Source: Raillietiella orientalis (taxonomy: Eukaryota). From it: a DNA stretch of 20,000 nt. The stretch lies in NCBI GenBank assembly GCA_036172245.1, contig JAYWIR010000113.1, forward strand, positions 117,572-137,571, given 5' to 3'. This document shows, one piece after another, positions 1 to 10,834 of the stretch. Position numbers and translations under genes: made by a program. Position 1 is the stretch's first letter. Every line of letters starts with the position of its first letter. Below the pieces are notes generated by a model that was given only the letters and a program-made list of their open reading frames with translations, did not search any database and was not told the origin of the DNA.

Positions 1-829
1 GATGCGCTGTGGTATCCGAGAAGAAGGGGGTTCGCCGATGACTGACGCATGAGTGCGACTAGCGGTCGCACTCTTGCCATGCAGCTGACGTCCCCAGAGT
101 GCTCTTGTGGTGGAGGAGCTGAGCGCGTTAGGCACACGGGGGCACTCAAAAGTTCTACAGAAATAAAACGCATGCATGGAGCCAGTAAGTTGATTCGCCT
201 CCTTTCTTTGAAGGGAGTGCAGCCGATGTAGGCGAGGTAGAGGAGAGAGCACCGAATCGGGCTGCGTTCGGGCTGCACGTGAGTCATTCTCGGAAGTCGA
301 AGGGAGCAACGTCGTATGACTGGCATGCATCTTCGTTCTAGATTAGGACTTCTACTCTTGGGTTTACAAGAGTACTTCTGGGTGTTCTGTCTACAACTTT
401 TCCTTCCCGAGAACGTGGATTCCCAAAATCGTAGTATTATTGCGTTCGTGAAGATGACACGGCCGTAGGTCACTTAAAATCACGCGGTTGTTGTCGAAAT
501 TTTCTTATATTGCATGCCCAAGATGGGCGCTGTTTGGTGGATATGTCTGCAACATATGAACGCAACATGAAGTTATGTGTTTTTATGAGGCTTTCTTTCT
601 CTGGGAGAGGTTTTGAAACCTGGTGATACGTATTTTGTGGCTTTCTGCGTGTCCCTCAAGCCATTCACGTTTGCATGCATGCATTCGTAAGTTCTGCACA
701 AAGTTGCTCCCATAGCGTTTCCCCATTCAGGTACAGCAAAGAGCGTATTTCCTGTAATACCAAGAACATTGAAAAGGCGGTAGCGCCACCGTCTCTACCA
801 CGTTCAAGACACGAGGAGCTTAGAAGCCT

Positions 830-2507
830 GCTGCCACCTATTTCGAACTGCTGCTGAGAGCATACAGGCTGACATTGTCTGCCCTACCAAGCTCGTGCCC
901 CGGTACGCTGGACATGTCGGCGTATGCTGCTGATCTTCTGCTCCTGCTAGGCATGTCAGATTCGGCTTTGGCAGTAAAGAATTCCTTCGACTTGCTGAAC
1001 CGCGGAACAGGATTACGGGTGAACAGGACGAATCCGCCGCTGGCTACGGTTGGTGAAACGTGGGCAGGATGATCTTATTGGATCCGACTGGGGATACCCA
1101 CGAAGAGGTACTTGAAGTACTTCGGCGTTCTATTAAATGACTTCTGTTAGTCAGAAGCCTGATCAGGTCGTCTCCAGAAAGTGGAGTTGGCGATCGGCCC
1201 GTTCCTGGAAGACAAGTTCCACTTGCAGCAATGGACAGCGGTGTGGAACGCGTTTCTGGTTTCCTTAAATCGCCCCCTTCTTCTTGTTTGGCCGTAACCC
1301 ATAAGATGAGAAAGAGAACAAAGAACCTCCTGGGCATCGTTCTGTAGGGCGGCGGGAGGCCTTTTTTGCTTCTGGAGGATTTGTAAGCTTCCCGTCGGGA
1401 CGGAGATTTCAGCGTCCTTACGCAAGATCCCGTAACGAAACAGCAGCGATGGCGCAGCCTCGCTATCGCAGCAAAAATATGTAGCACTCCTTAGTGCGTT
1501 CCGATCCACCTCATCGCTAGACGTGTGTCCGGGACTGATGGACTAGCATCTCTTCTGTGCTCCAGCCGGAAAACAAGATGCGGCCTTCTCCGGGACGCAT
1601 CATCATCCTCGCAAACGAGAACGGGTAAAAAGACTGTAGCCGCGCCAACTCCAGCGCATGAATGGAAGAAACAGTTGGCTCGTGGGCTGAGTTAAAGCAG
1701 CCTAGTGAAGAATCTTGCAATTGCCTTTGCCCGGCATCTACATCGACTGTGCGCTACGGAACATGATCGAGGATCCTTCCAGAAGCACGTGGAAGGAGAC
1801 AACCCTACTGACCACGGCGCTGCCCTTCCTGAGAATGGCGCTTCATGACGGCCGAAAACCCAGGAGTGAAATTATCTGCCGGATAGCGGGCAAGGAGAAT
1901 GGGTTAAATGGGTGGACCATGATGGAACTGGCTGACGTCGCGACTCCAAGCGTTCTCTAGCTCGGAATCCAGAGATGAACGAGCTGCTTGGCCTTTTACT
2001 GGATGATCTAAAGTGGCCTGTGTGATTTAGACACGCAACCAACCTCCCTCTCAAGTTGCAGGAAACAGCTCTGCTTTTGTTGCACTGGGGGCTTCCCTGA
2101 TACGCGCGCCGCCACCACTGGACGTTGAGGAACCTGGGAGAGAACTGTACAGTGTGCGGGGAGAAGGAATCCTTCCTTCACCTGTTTCTGTACTGCGCTG
2201 TTCTCTGGACCCTGTCGGAACGTTTTGCTACGACCCTCCGGATACCGGCAGTACCCGCACAGACGCTGTGAGACTCCACTTCGTGCGAGACGCCCTGCAA
2301 CCAGCATCAACCCTGGCAGCGCTCTACTGACTCTGAGGGAGTGTGGCTGGGTGATGAGCGTTTAACAGAGAAAGAAGAGCTGTGGACACCATCGATCACG
2401 CTGGTCGCAACCTGCGAATCGCGATCGGCTGGTCCCATCTGGGAGCCATGACGAGAAAACTCGAGGGCATCCTGGAAAACATAGTCTCTCCCCCCAGCGG
2501 GCTGTGA
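830..2507 (+). pseudogene. ORF2 remnant (RT domain 5 to C-terminal zinc finger), many stops and frameshifts
   Basis: YADD is mutated to YAAD. Fragments 875-1072 and 1715-1960 match ORF2 of segment F. TGA at 2505-2507 aligns with the natural stop of D2 and F. Confidence 0.85.
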
Positions 2508-2694
2508 TCGCTTCTTGACTCTCCAAATAGTTTCTTTTTGTTTGTTTCATTTATTTCACTTTTTGTTTTACCCCCTAGCCCCTCCGCTGCCAAGAAGAGT
2601 CAGGCCGGTCTGTGGACCGGCTTTCTAACACGTCCCATGAAATATTGGACGAAGCGCGGCCTATTACCGCAAATGTACAGTGTTTATAAATAAA
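830..2694 (+). mobile_element. Segment A: 5'-truncated, heavily decayed L1/Tx1-like non-LTR retrotransposon, family 1 (RT C-half to 3' end)
   Basis: Translation ATYFELLLRAY..LPSSCP..AYAADLLLLL aligns with STYFDLVLRAY..LPSSCPAVAAYADYLLLLL of the 17062-18312 ORF. Colinear with copies C, D2 and F through LLLHWGLP, the U-rich 3'UTR, the hairpin and the terminal TTTATAAATAAA (ends 2694). Confidence 0.9.
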
Positions 2695-2950
2695 CGGTCC
2701 AGCGTGACTAAGTGAGAACTTCCCCGTGTCCTTCTAGGGAGCGGACGTGGTTTGGCATCGCACCGCGCTCTAGTTAGCCTAAAGCATTTTGGTAGTATTG
2801 TCTGGTGTGTGGGAGCGCCTGTGTCGCATGTCAGAAATGCCTGAGGACACCGCGATGGAAATTGGAGGAGGAGAGGCAACTTGCTCCCCTCCACCCATGA
2901 AAGGGGAGGCATCCGCTCCCACGGAGTCCTGAAAAGCAACTGGCTGCCGG
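2695..2950 (+). mobile_element. Segment B1: 5'UTR and first codons of ORF1 of a family-1 element (same type as E1), 3'-truncated
   Basis: Begins with the head motif and has GCGGACGTG at 2741-2749. ATG 2828 reads MSEMPEDTAMEIG, matching MASLPEDTAMEVG of ORF1 at 15571. Confidence 0.85.
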
Positions 2951-3073
2951 ACACGAGTGTGTAAAAAACTCACTTGAGAGCGGGAGAATTCAATCGAGTG
3001 CGGACGTGTTCTTCTTTGCTCTCGTCTCCAGGCTTTCGTTTGCTTCGTCCTGTTGTCGTGCATTTTGACGAAG

Positions 3074-5022
3074 ATGTCGACCCAACCCGAAGCTACTGAA
3101 GTTGGAGAAGCAGCACCCGGATCTGCAATCGCGGAACCGACAACCGCCTTCTCTTTGTCTGCCTTGCCATTGGCGAGAAGTTTTGCTGAAGTTGCTGCCG
3201 CAGCAGCCGTCAAAGGGGAACCACCCGACGATTCGGAATTGCGGGCATACGTAGCATATGGCTATAGACCCGCTCTCCGATGCAAGGTGAATGGGTTTCT
3301 TTCTTCGCTTGACGGCAATCAGTTCAACGATGAGCTGACCCGTGTTGGCGTGCGGGAGGAGACCTTCTCGCCATAATGCCCGTAAAAGAAATGGGCTATT
3401 TCAAGGTGCGCTGCACAGACGCTGCACATGTGTAGCGCTTGCTGCGCACCCCTTTGTCGATCCGTGGACAGAAGGTCTTCCCGGCTGCCAGGGATGACTC
3501 GTTCGTGGCGGAGATTTTCGACATCGAGTCGGAAATCTCCGACACTGATATTAGGAACGCGTTGGCGAAATTCGCCACGATCCATGCGCCGTGATGGGTG
3601 CGTAGCAAAATCAAGGACTTCCCGTCTATACAGAGCGGAGTTGCTGGAGTCCGGCTTACAACGCCAGACCTCCGTTGCTGCCCACCAAACTACAGGTGAA
3701 AGACACGGTCGTTCACCTGTGGTTCGTGGGCAATGTTCGAACGTGCAAGCAATGCGGGAAGAAGAGACATTCTTTGCATAAATGCCCCATTGGGAAATGT
3801 CGCTATTGCAAGCTTTCCGGGCACCAATTAGGAAATTGTCCGGATCTTTTTCAAAAAAAGGCAGCCGCTGAGCTTCGACGAACCAAACGTAAAGCGGAAA
3901 AAAAGAAAATATTTGCGAAAAAGCCGAAGAAATTAAGGCAGAAATCTCGAAATAACGCAAGGCGGAATGCCTCCCCAAAGCAGCGGAAGTACTCGCACTC
4001 TAGGCCTCGCGGGCCTTATCTCGCGGCGGGGGAGCCGCAAAAGAAAGGGCACGGGGAATCCGGGGCAATGGAAGGTCCTCCTAAACGCAATAGCAGATCC
4101 GCCGAAGCACGCACGGCTCTATCGGAGTTCGAGCAACCGGCGGGGACGCCAATGGACAACAGCAGTAAGGACACTGCCAGTACTGCAAGTTCCATTCCTT
4201 CAACACCTTCAGTGGCTGAGAAGCCCAAAGCAGGTAAGAAGGGTTGTGCCATGCCGACTTCGATAGTCGGCAAATTAAAATCCGCGCCGCGGGCAAACGA
4301 TGCGAAAGCGGAGAAAGATCCGACAATAGGAGAGTAAGCTCTCGACTGAAGCGGAAGCGATGCCGACGATGGGGTTAAGAGCCCTACCAAAGGCAGCGCC
4401 GATGACGAGCGTGTCGAAGTCATCGGAAGTGCTCGCGTCCAAAGACGCAAACGCCTCCAATGATGGCAATAGAGAATGGACGGTGGTAGAAGAAAGCGGA
4501 AAAATAAACAAAGCTCAAGGAACGCACTACAACCTTTATCGACGGCGCCACGTGAAGCGAATAACCGTCATGAAGTCAAAAAGACTTCTGCAAAGGTTCC
4601 ATGAGGAACTGCCCGTAACCACGCGGACATTGCGCTCGCCGGGAAAGCAGCCGTCAAAAAGAGCGACGCTATGGTGACGGACTCCTGTCAGTTTAGCAGA
4701 ACCTGCCACTTCTCCGCGGTTGGCCAAATGCCGATCGACAATGTGCAAGTCGGACTCCGAAGCGGGGGCCGACCTGAACGCAGAGACCAGGATAACTCGT
4801 TCGAAAGCGTGTGCGTAACCGTCGAAACTAAGGAGCCAGACAACGCACGCCGCGGAGCAAAGACAACTTTCCACCAAACCCGGCGGAGTTAAACCTAGCG
4901 TGGAGCGTGATACATGCAGCAGGAGGGAGGAGGGTGGCGACCGTCTACTCCAGCCGGTCGTGCTGCTCGCCGTCCGCTCGCCGAATTAAGAGAGCAAAAA
5001 GCCGCCGCCTTCCCAGCAGTAA
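3074..5022 (+). pseudogene. ORF1 (gag-like nucleic acid-binding protein, two CX2CX4HX4C knuckles), disrupted
   Basis: MSTQPE..RSFAEVAA N-terminus; CKQCGKKRHSLHKC and CRYCKLSGHQLGNC in ORF 3675-4337; low-complexity C-half; TAA 5020-5022 aligns with the ORF1 stops of D1 and E1. Confidence 0.85.
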
Positions 5023-5433
5023 CGCGGGGAATCGCGTCTTCTCCTCATCTGTCCGTCGCGTGTTAAAACGTGAACGGACTCCAGAACGAAGAAAAGAGGC
5101 GATTAGCAGCGAAAGCCCCGCGGTCCTTCGACCTCGTGCACCTGCAGGATCTTCACGTAATCTCCGACGAGCAGGCTGCCATAATCGAGGGACGCGCAGG
5201 CGGAACGCTACATTGGCGGTGGGGCGACGCACACAAGAACGGCGTCGCGTTCCTCGTAAGAGGAAAAATGGCGAAAGCGGTGCGTGAGTTCGTTTCCACG
5301 AAGACATACGGATACGCCAACTTGTCTTCCTTTCGGTAAGCCAGAGTGATGCTCCTTTCGAAAAGGAGAGATCTCTGGAAAGTGAACATCTGGCGTCCGA
5401 TCACGATCGTGAATACGGACGCCAAGTTGATAG
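5022..5433 (+). pseudogene. ORF2 remnant: APE endonuclease N-terminus fused by deletion (~5320) to an RT domain 1-2 fragment
   Basis: C*NVNGL..FDLVHLQDLH..NGVAFLV (APE), then ARVMLLSK..WRPITIVNTDAKLI (RT), closely matching 18020-18125. Confidence 0.88.
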
Positions 5434-7222
5434 TTGCCACACGGTCAAGCAGGGGCGTTTATCATGAATTCTCTATAATTCGTGTTACGAGACCTTACAA
5501 CGGCCCAACCAACAGGACCTGCCAAGTTGACAGTACGCACACCGGCGCGACACTCCTCGGCAGCAGAGGGGGATGGGAGGAAAAACCAAAAAAAAATAAA
5601 ACATAAAAAACAAAAGATGCTGGAGGGCCGGGAAAGGATCACGGTCCACTGGAAAAGGGGTCCATCCTTTTGAGAATTTTCGCGAGGTCCGTCCGTATAA
5701 TTCCAAGGTGGGACCATCTGGTCGCAATCCGCAGGTAGCGGACTGCAAGTACGACGGCATCCCTGTCTTGGCTCGGTCTCCTCACGTCGCTCCAGCACGT
5801 CACTATCCCGGTGAAACAGCAAAGTGCAGCCAGTGCAGCAGCTGGTCGCAGGGCATCCTGCACGAACAGAAGCCGAAAAACGCCTCTGGATTGGCTGCCC
5901 TCCTGGATCCAAAGGGAGGCACGAAGACGCTCGCACAGGGGTCGGAGGGCAGCACAATCAGCAAGGAGGTGGGAGAGCGTTTCCCGCTCCCCACACCTTA
6001 TGCAGTCCGGACTTACTGGACCCCTGGTTTAGTGGTGCTGGCGTGCGTTCCACGGTAGACCCCAATGCGACAACAGGAGCGTCGACTCCTGCCACTTCAG
6101 AGGGAGGATCGACGAACCAACGAATACCGGGGACCACTTCAGTCCATCCATCGGTGTGCCGAGCAGGTCGCCCCATCTCAAGAGTCCTCTCGACTGGACG
6201 CTTGGGGTACTAACGTTTGCCAGTTTGTCCATGGACCAGACGCTCATCAACCTTTCTCTGCCTGCAATACGGCAAAATATTTGCCACCTAGGATTGAGGT
6301 TGCTGGAGAGCGCCCTCCTAAGGAAGAACAACGCCGTAGCTAGAAGTGTTGTCTCTGCATACGTACTTCTTACGGGAAACTAGATGATATTTCGCAGATT
6401 GCAGCAAGAGTAGGCTCCGTGTTGCAGGCATTTCCACTTATCTTGATTGCTGCCATTAATCTTTGGTCACGTGCAAGTGGTCTCCTAAAGCCATGCGGAA
6501 AAGTTGGCGGGGCTGCATACCATTTCGCTGTTTTCCTTATCCAGAGTTGCCACCCATCCCAAGAGAAGTCCGCATCTCTTGAGCTTCGAGCTAGAGCACA
6601 GAAGATCACAAGCGAGACCTTCCGTTCCAGATACACAGCTGCAAAGAAGTCGGGACAAACGCAACATTGGGTGCCCCATAACATTGCTGCGATGGCCAGG
6701 GTGTGCCATCGTAGCTGAATCTCTCCTCGCTCCAACGTCAAGAGACCAATACCGTCATCACAACGTGGAGCACACAAGTCCTTCAAGAAGACACGGGGCC
6801 TCCCTCTTACCCTAAGGAACAAGTCTCCGGAGGTCCTTCGTCAGCTTCCTCAACTTCCGAGGGACGAAGCATACAAAAAGCAGGGTGCGAAGTATGGAAG
6901 TCGCGTAAGCGTTCCACACTGCGGCCCGTTCCGGAAGAAGAAACTTGGCTTACAGGAACGGGCCGATCGACGTTTCCACTTTTCGGATGCAGCCGGACCA
7001 CACATACGAAGGGGAATTGTCCCCAAACGGCACACCAAGGTACTTCAAGCACCTCGCCGTGGGAATCCCTAAACGGACCCAGTCCTGCTGCCGAGCCCAC
7101 GCCACGCCTACTGTCACCATCGACTACTTCGTACTGTTAACCGGCAGTCCAGTCCCGCGGCTAAGTAGATCGAAAAAATCTCCAAGCGCCTCTGTGGGGT
7201 GGACACGGAAACAGGAGTACCA
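5433..7222 (-). mobile_element. Segment C: family-1 3' portion (post-YADD RT, thumb, zf-RVT, 3'UTR, tail and head motif), decayed
   Basis: GDFFDLLSRGTGL, LKDLCAPRCDDGIGLLT, LKWQESTLLLSHWGLP and DALRPAAALAALCC all match segment F. 3'UTR hairpin at 5519-5563. Confidence 0.9.
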
Positions 7223-8938
7223 ACCTCACGAAGTTGCTGAAGTGTTCCGGAAGGCCTAGCATCTCCAGAACCTTCAGCAGCATCCCATGGTCGATGGAGT
7301 CGAAAGCCTTCTCCATGTCAGTGAACACCAGCGCCAGATTATCGCCGACGTATCGAATGAGTACGAAGGTGGACTGGGCACACTTGACATTGTCCGACAT
7401 GTGACGTCCAGGGATGCACACGTTTGGACCGGAGAGATGAGCCTCGACATGACCTTGCCTAAGCGGTTGGACCAGATCTTCGCCAACAAGTTGGCATCCG
7501 AGTTCAATATCGAGATTGACCTCCATTGAGCGACCTGCGTGAGGTCGCCTCCTTTTGAAAACAATCCCATCCGACTCTCGTAGAAGGACTGTGGAAGTCT
7601 TCCTTCTTCGAGGATGCAGAGGGTCAACTGGTGGAAAAAACGCAGGTAGGCATGCAGGTACCGCTGATAGTGAGTGATGGGTACGCTGTCAGGGCCCGCT
7701 GTCACGTCCTTCCGTAGTTGACCAAACGCAGTCTTCACTTCGTCTTCGGAGAATTCCTCCTCCAGTCTGTTCCGCTGGAGATCGTCGGTCCTCTTCTCGA
7801 GGTAGCTCAGAAAGGCCTGTTGACTAGAGCGACAGAGATGTTGTCGCCTGAAGTGTTTCGTGTAATGCCTGTGAAAGGCATCCACGATGTCCTCAGACGA
7901 CTGTCGCTTTTTACCGTCGTACTGGATGCAGAAGATATCTGTTGCCACATTTCTCTTCTCCAGCATTCCGACTTCCACTTTTATGTTGTTGAAGACGTAC
8001 CGACTCTGGTACTGATCGAAGTACTTTGAGAGTAAGCGATCTTGGATGTTCAGCTCCCGGTACGCCTCCTGCCTCAAGCGCCTATTCCCGAACTGCATGT
8101 TTGCAAACAGGTGTATCCTGTGTTTCAGGCTGTCCCAGTCGGCGACTCTTCGGATTGTTGTTGCCTTCAGAATCGTCTCCAGGACAGCCTGATTTCCGGG
8201 ATGGGTTTCGAACCAGGCGAACATGCTGATGAGCGCCGCCCTGGTGCCTTGCCTCCGCCGAGGATTCTCCGTTCTTAGGGAAAACCGCACCAGGGGGTGA
8301 TCGAACACCGTGGTCATAATGTCTCGAAAACCCAGGATGCGATTCCAAAGTTCGGTGCTGTGCAGGACGTTATCGATCGGCTCGTGACTTGCAGTTCGTC
8401 ACACCAGTCCGAACTCTTCGGATAACAGGCGATACGCCGTCCTTCCTCTGGCGTCTTCGGAGTAAGTGATCTCATCCAATATGTTGAGATCGCCAGCAAC
8501 AATCATGACGTCCTTGGAAGCAACCTTTTCACGGAGTGCTGCATGCAGCGCCTCCGCACAACGATGTTTCAGCCTGTGCGGCCCGTACACGTTCACCAGG
8601 ATGAGGTGAACAGTAGCGGACCAGGCCAGTCGCACGCCGATGATTCGTCCGGGTTGGGGACAGAACACTTCCAGAATAGTGAGGGCCAAGTTGTTCTTAA
8701 TTAGGACTGCCACACCCTGCGTGTTCCGTTCTCCCTCGCTGACGAAAATCTGCCGGTTGAATCGCCGTTCCATTTGCTGACTAATCTCGAGACCCATCTT
8801 GTGGGTCTCCTGCAGGCACACTATGTCTTGTTGTGCAATGGTCCGCACAATCCTTTTTCTTTTTCTCTAGTCGACCATACCGTTTACATACCACGAGGCG
8901 ATGTTCAGCCTCCTGGTGGTCGATACGGAAGAGGCCAT
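7223..8938 (-). pseudogene. Family-2 ORF2 (APE endonuclease and RT domains 0-3)
   Basis: MASS..LNIASWYVNG, IVCLQETH, GVAVLI, NVYGP, AGDLN, IDNV, FDHP, then AGPDS, WRSISILNSD and DMEKAFDSIDH. In-frame stops at 8867-8869 and 8399-8401; frameshift near 7415. Confidence 0.92.
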
Positions 8939-10668
8939 AAAAGGGGAAGACCTATTTCTTGGCCTTCCTGAGCTTCTTATATCTAAGAGAGCGTGCTCTT
9001 CCAGACAATGAAGAAGCAGCGGGCTTCTCGCTGCCGCGTCACTGTCTGTTCCGGTGAGGTCGGTTACTTCCGCTTCCTCCGTCGAGTGTTCGGCCCGCGC
9101 GATCAGTTTTCGAGATAGCGTCTCTATCTGGACCTTTGCGTAGAAGTTCGCCTTTACGTCGAGAAGCTGTTCCTCTATCTTTTCGCGTTCAGCGACCTCC
9201 ACAACCTGGTTGATGTTCTCTTGTGCAGTGCAGATCTTCTGCAAGATTTTCTCTTGCTGGGGACCGCTCTGCACCTCTAGGATCTCATTAGCCAGTGATG
9301 CCAACTCCTCCATAGATTGCAGGGCCTCCTGCGACACCGGAGTGGCTTCGGCTATTTCTTCTTCCGCGCCTTTCTGCGAAACCTCCATCTTCTCGCCTTC
9401 TTGCTCTTCACCTTCCAGGATAAGAGGGGTTTCTTGCTCCTTGACGAGCATCCTCCTCTTTCCTTTCTTCCCTACCTGTATGAAGCCGTCTTCCGATACC
9501 GGGACGGCTTCTTTCACCTTCTTCGCCCTTCCTGCCTTCTGAGGCTGTTCCGCCTCCTTGGTGTTTCTCTCTCTCACGGGAGAGAGACCTCGAATCCTTC
9601 TGCAGTTTGCAAACTCCGGATAGCTCCATTTGGCATGTCCGTATTTCTTGCAGAAGGAGCACACCTCCGGCTGCGGGCAGTTTCGGACTTGATGTCCTAC
9701 TTTGCCGCAGCGGAAACAACGACACGTTGGGCAAGCGCCGGCCCTGTGGCCGAACTGCTTGCACCCTGTGCAGAATATCGGCTGTTGCCTGTAACCCACG
9801 TTCACTCCTTAGGATTGTTCGTCAAGAACGGCTAATCCAGGGATCACAGCTCCCTCTTTCAACTTCATTTTGGCGATGATGTCGCCAGAAAATATATTTC
9901 CAGAGAAGTTCTGGAATTCGAGGTCCAGAACTTCCCCATACTGCTCCAAAAATTCCACACCGTTAGTTGCGGTGTGAATATGGAGATGTCGTTCAGAAAC
10001 ACGGTTGTGTATGGCATCTCGCCAGCACCAAAAACCATCCTCCCTTGTATATTGATCCCCTTCTGGATCAATCGCTCTCTAATATTTTCACAGTCTGTGA
10101 AGACTGTGAACCCGTTATTTGCCGGTATGATCGCCTGTATGCGATCAAAATTGATATCCGTCTTATCGAGGGACAGATACACCTCCCTGATATTACTGAA
10201 CTTGATCAGTCCAGCCTTGAAAATAATGGGCTTCTCATTCGGCCCTAACTCCACGATCGGCCGATCCACCTTTTGGACTTTACCGCATAGCGGCTTCCCG
10301 AATTTTCTTGGTGGGTGGACACTCGTTTGTCCAGCCGCCACCGACGCATAGGAAAAGGGCTGCGCCGCCGCAGCCGAACAAGATGGCGTCTCGCCCTGAA
10401 CCGCGTGGACGCCCGCGGGTCCTGCCTGGGACGCCGCCGCCGCGAGCGCAACCCTCGACGTCGCCACCGTTGACGCCGCGGGCGGCACCCGCGCCATCAC
10501 CGCCGCGGGCGCGACCTTCCCCGCCGCGGGCACGACCTCCGCCGTCGTCGCCGCGGGCACGACCCTTGGCATCGCCGCCGCCGGCGCAGCAAAGCCCACC
10601 GCGGGCGCGATTCTCGGCATGCCTGCCACCGCCTCGCCGTTGCCGCACGTTACCTTCATGGCTTCCAT
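8905..10668 (-). pseudogene. Family-2 ORF1 with RRM-like region and three zinc knuckles (third degenerate)
   Basis: SYASVAA; TTVFLNDI..(frameshift ~9947)..LEQYGEV; CTGCKQFGHRAGAC, CFRCGKVGHQVRNC, CSFCKKYGHAKWSY; acidic, coiled-coil-like C-half. Confidence 0.88.
10430..10625 (-). repeat. Imperfect GC-rich coding repeats in family-2 ORF1 (R/E/K-V-x-P-A-A units)
   Basis: Recurrent CCGCGGGC on the + strand; peptide PRIAPAV/PRVVPAA/AEVVPAA/GKVAPAA/ARVPPAA/SRVALAA. Confidence 0.75.
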
Positions 10669-10834
10669 GGAGCACGACGGTCTCTCCACTCATCCTCTAG
10701 GTGCCTGTATCCTGGAAGCTGGTCTTGTTGCACGGGACTACTGCACGTCTTTTGCCGCGATCTCCTCGCCGCTTCTTTTGTAGCTTCGTCTGGAAAACTT
10801 CCCCTATCCGGGCACACACGAGCACAATTAACTG

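Larger units (their letters stand above)
2963..5433 (+). mobile_element. Segment B2: L1/Tx1-like element with 5'UTR, ORF1, EN N-terminus and a short RT fragment (internally deleted, 3'-truncated)
   Basis: Second GCGGACGTG (3000-3008) after an A6 run, then ORF1 with two CCHC knuckles, EN motifs and an RT motif in the expected order. Confidence 0.85.
7223..10830 (-). mobile_element. Family-2 L1/Tx1-like element: 5'UTR, ORF1, EN and RT N-half; truncated after RT domain 3
   Basis: ORF1 with knuckles followed by APE and RT motifs. Related to family 1 only at a distant protein level. The 5' boundary is approximate. Confidence 0.88.

Noticed and set aside
1..830. Host gene or telomeric repeats in the left flank
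   Set aside because: Only 60-aa ORFs without recognisable domains, and no tandem telomere-type repeats anywhere in the window.
8867..9805. Apparent natural ORF1-ORF2 fusion in family 2
   Set aside because: Another frame gives a plausible ORF1 end (EAQEGQEIGLPLLWPLPYRPPGG, TGA 8907-8905) overlapping an ORF2 ATG at 8938. A 1-nt indel near 8978 in this decayed copy explains the fusion.
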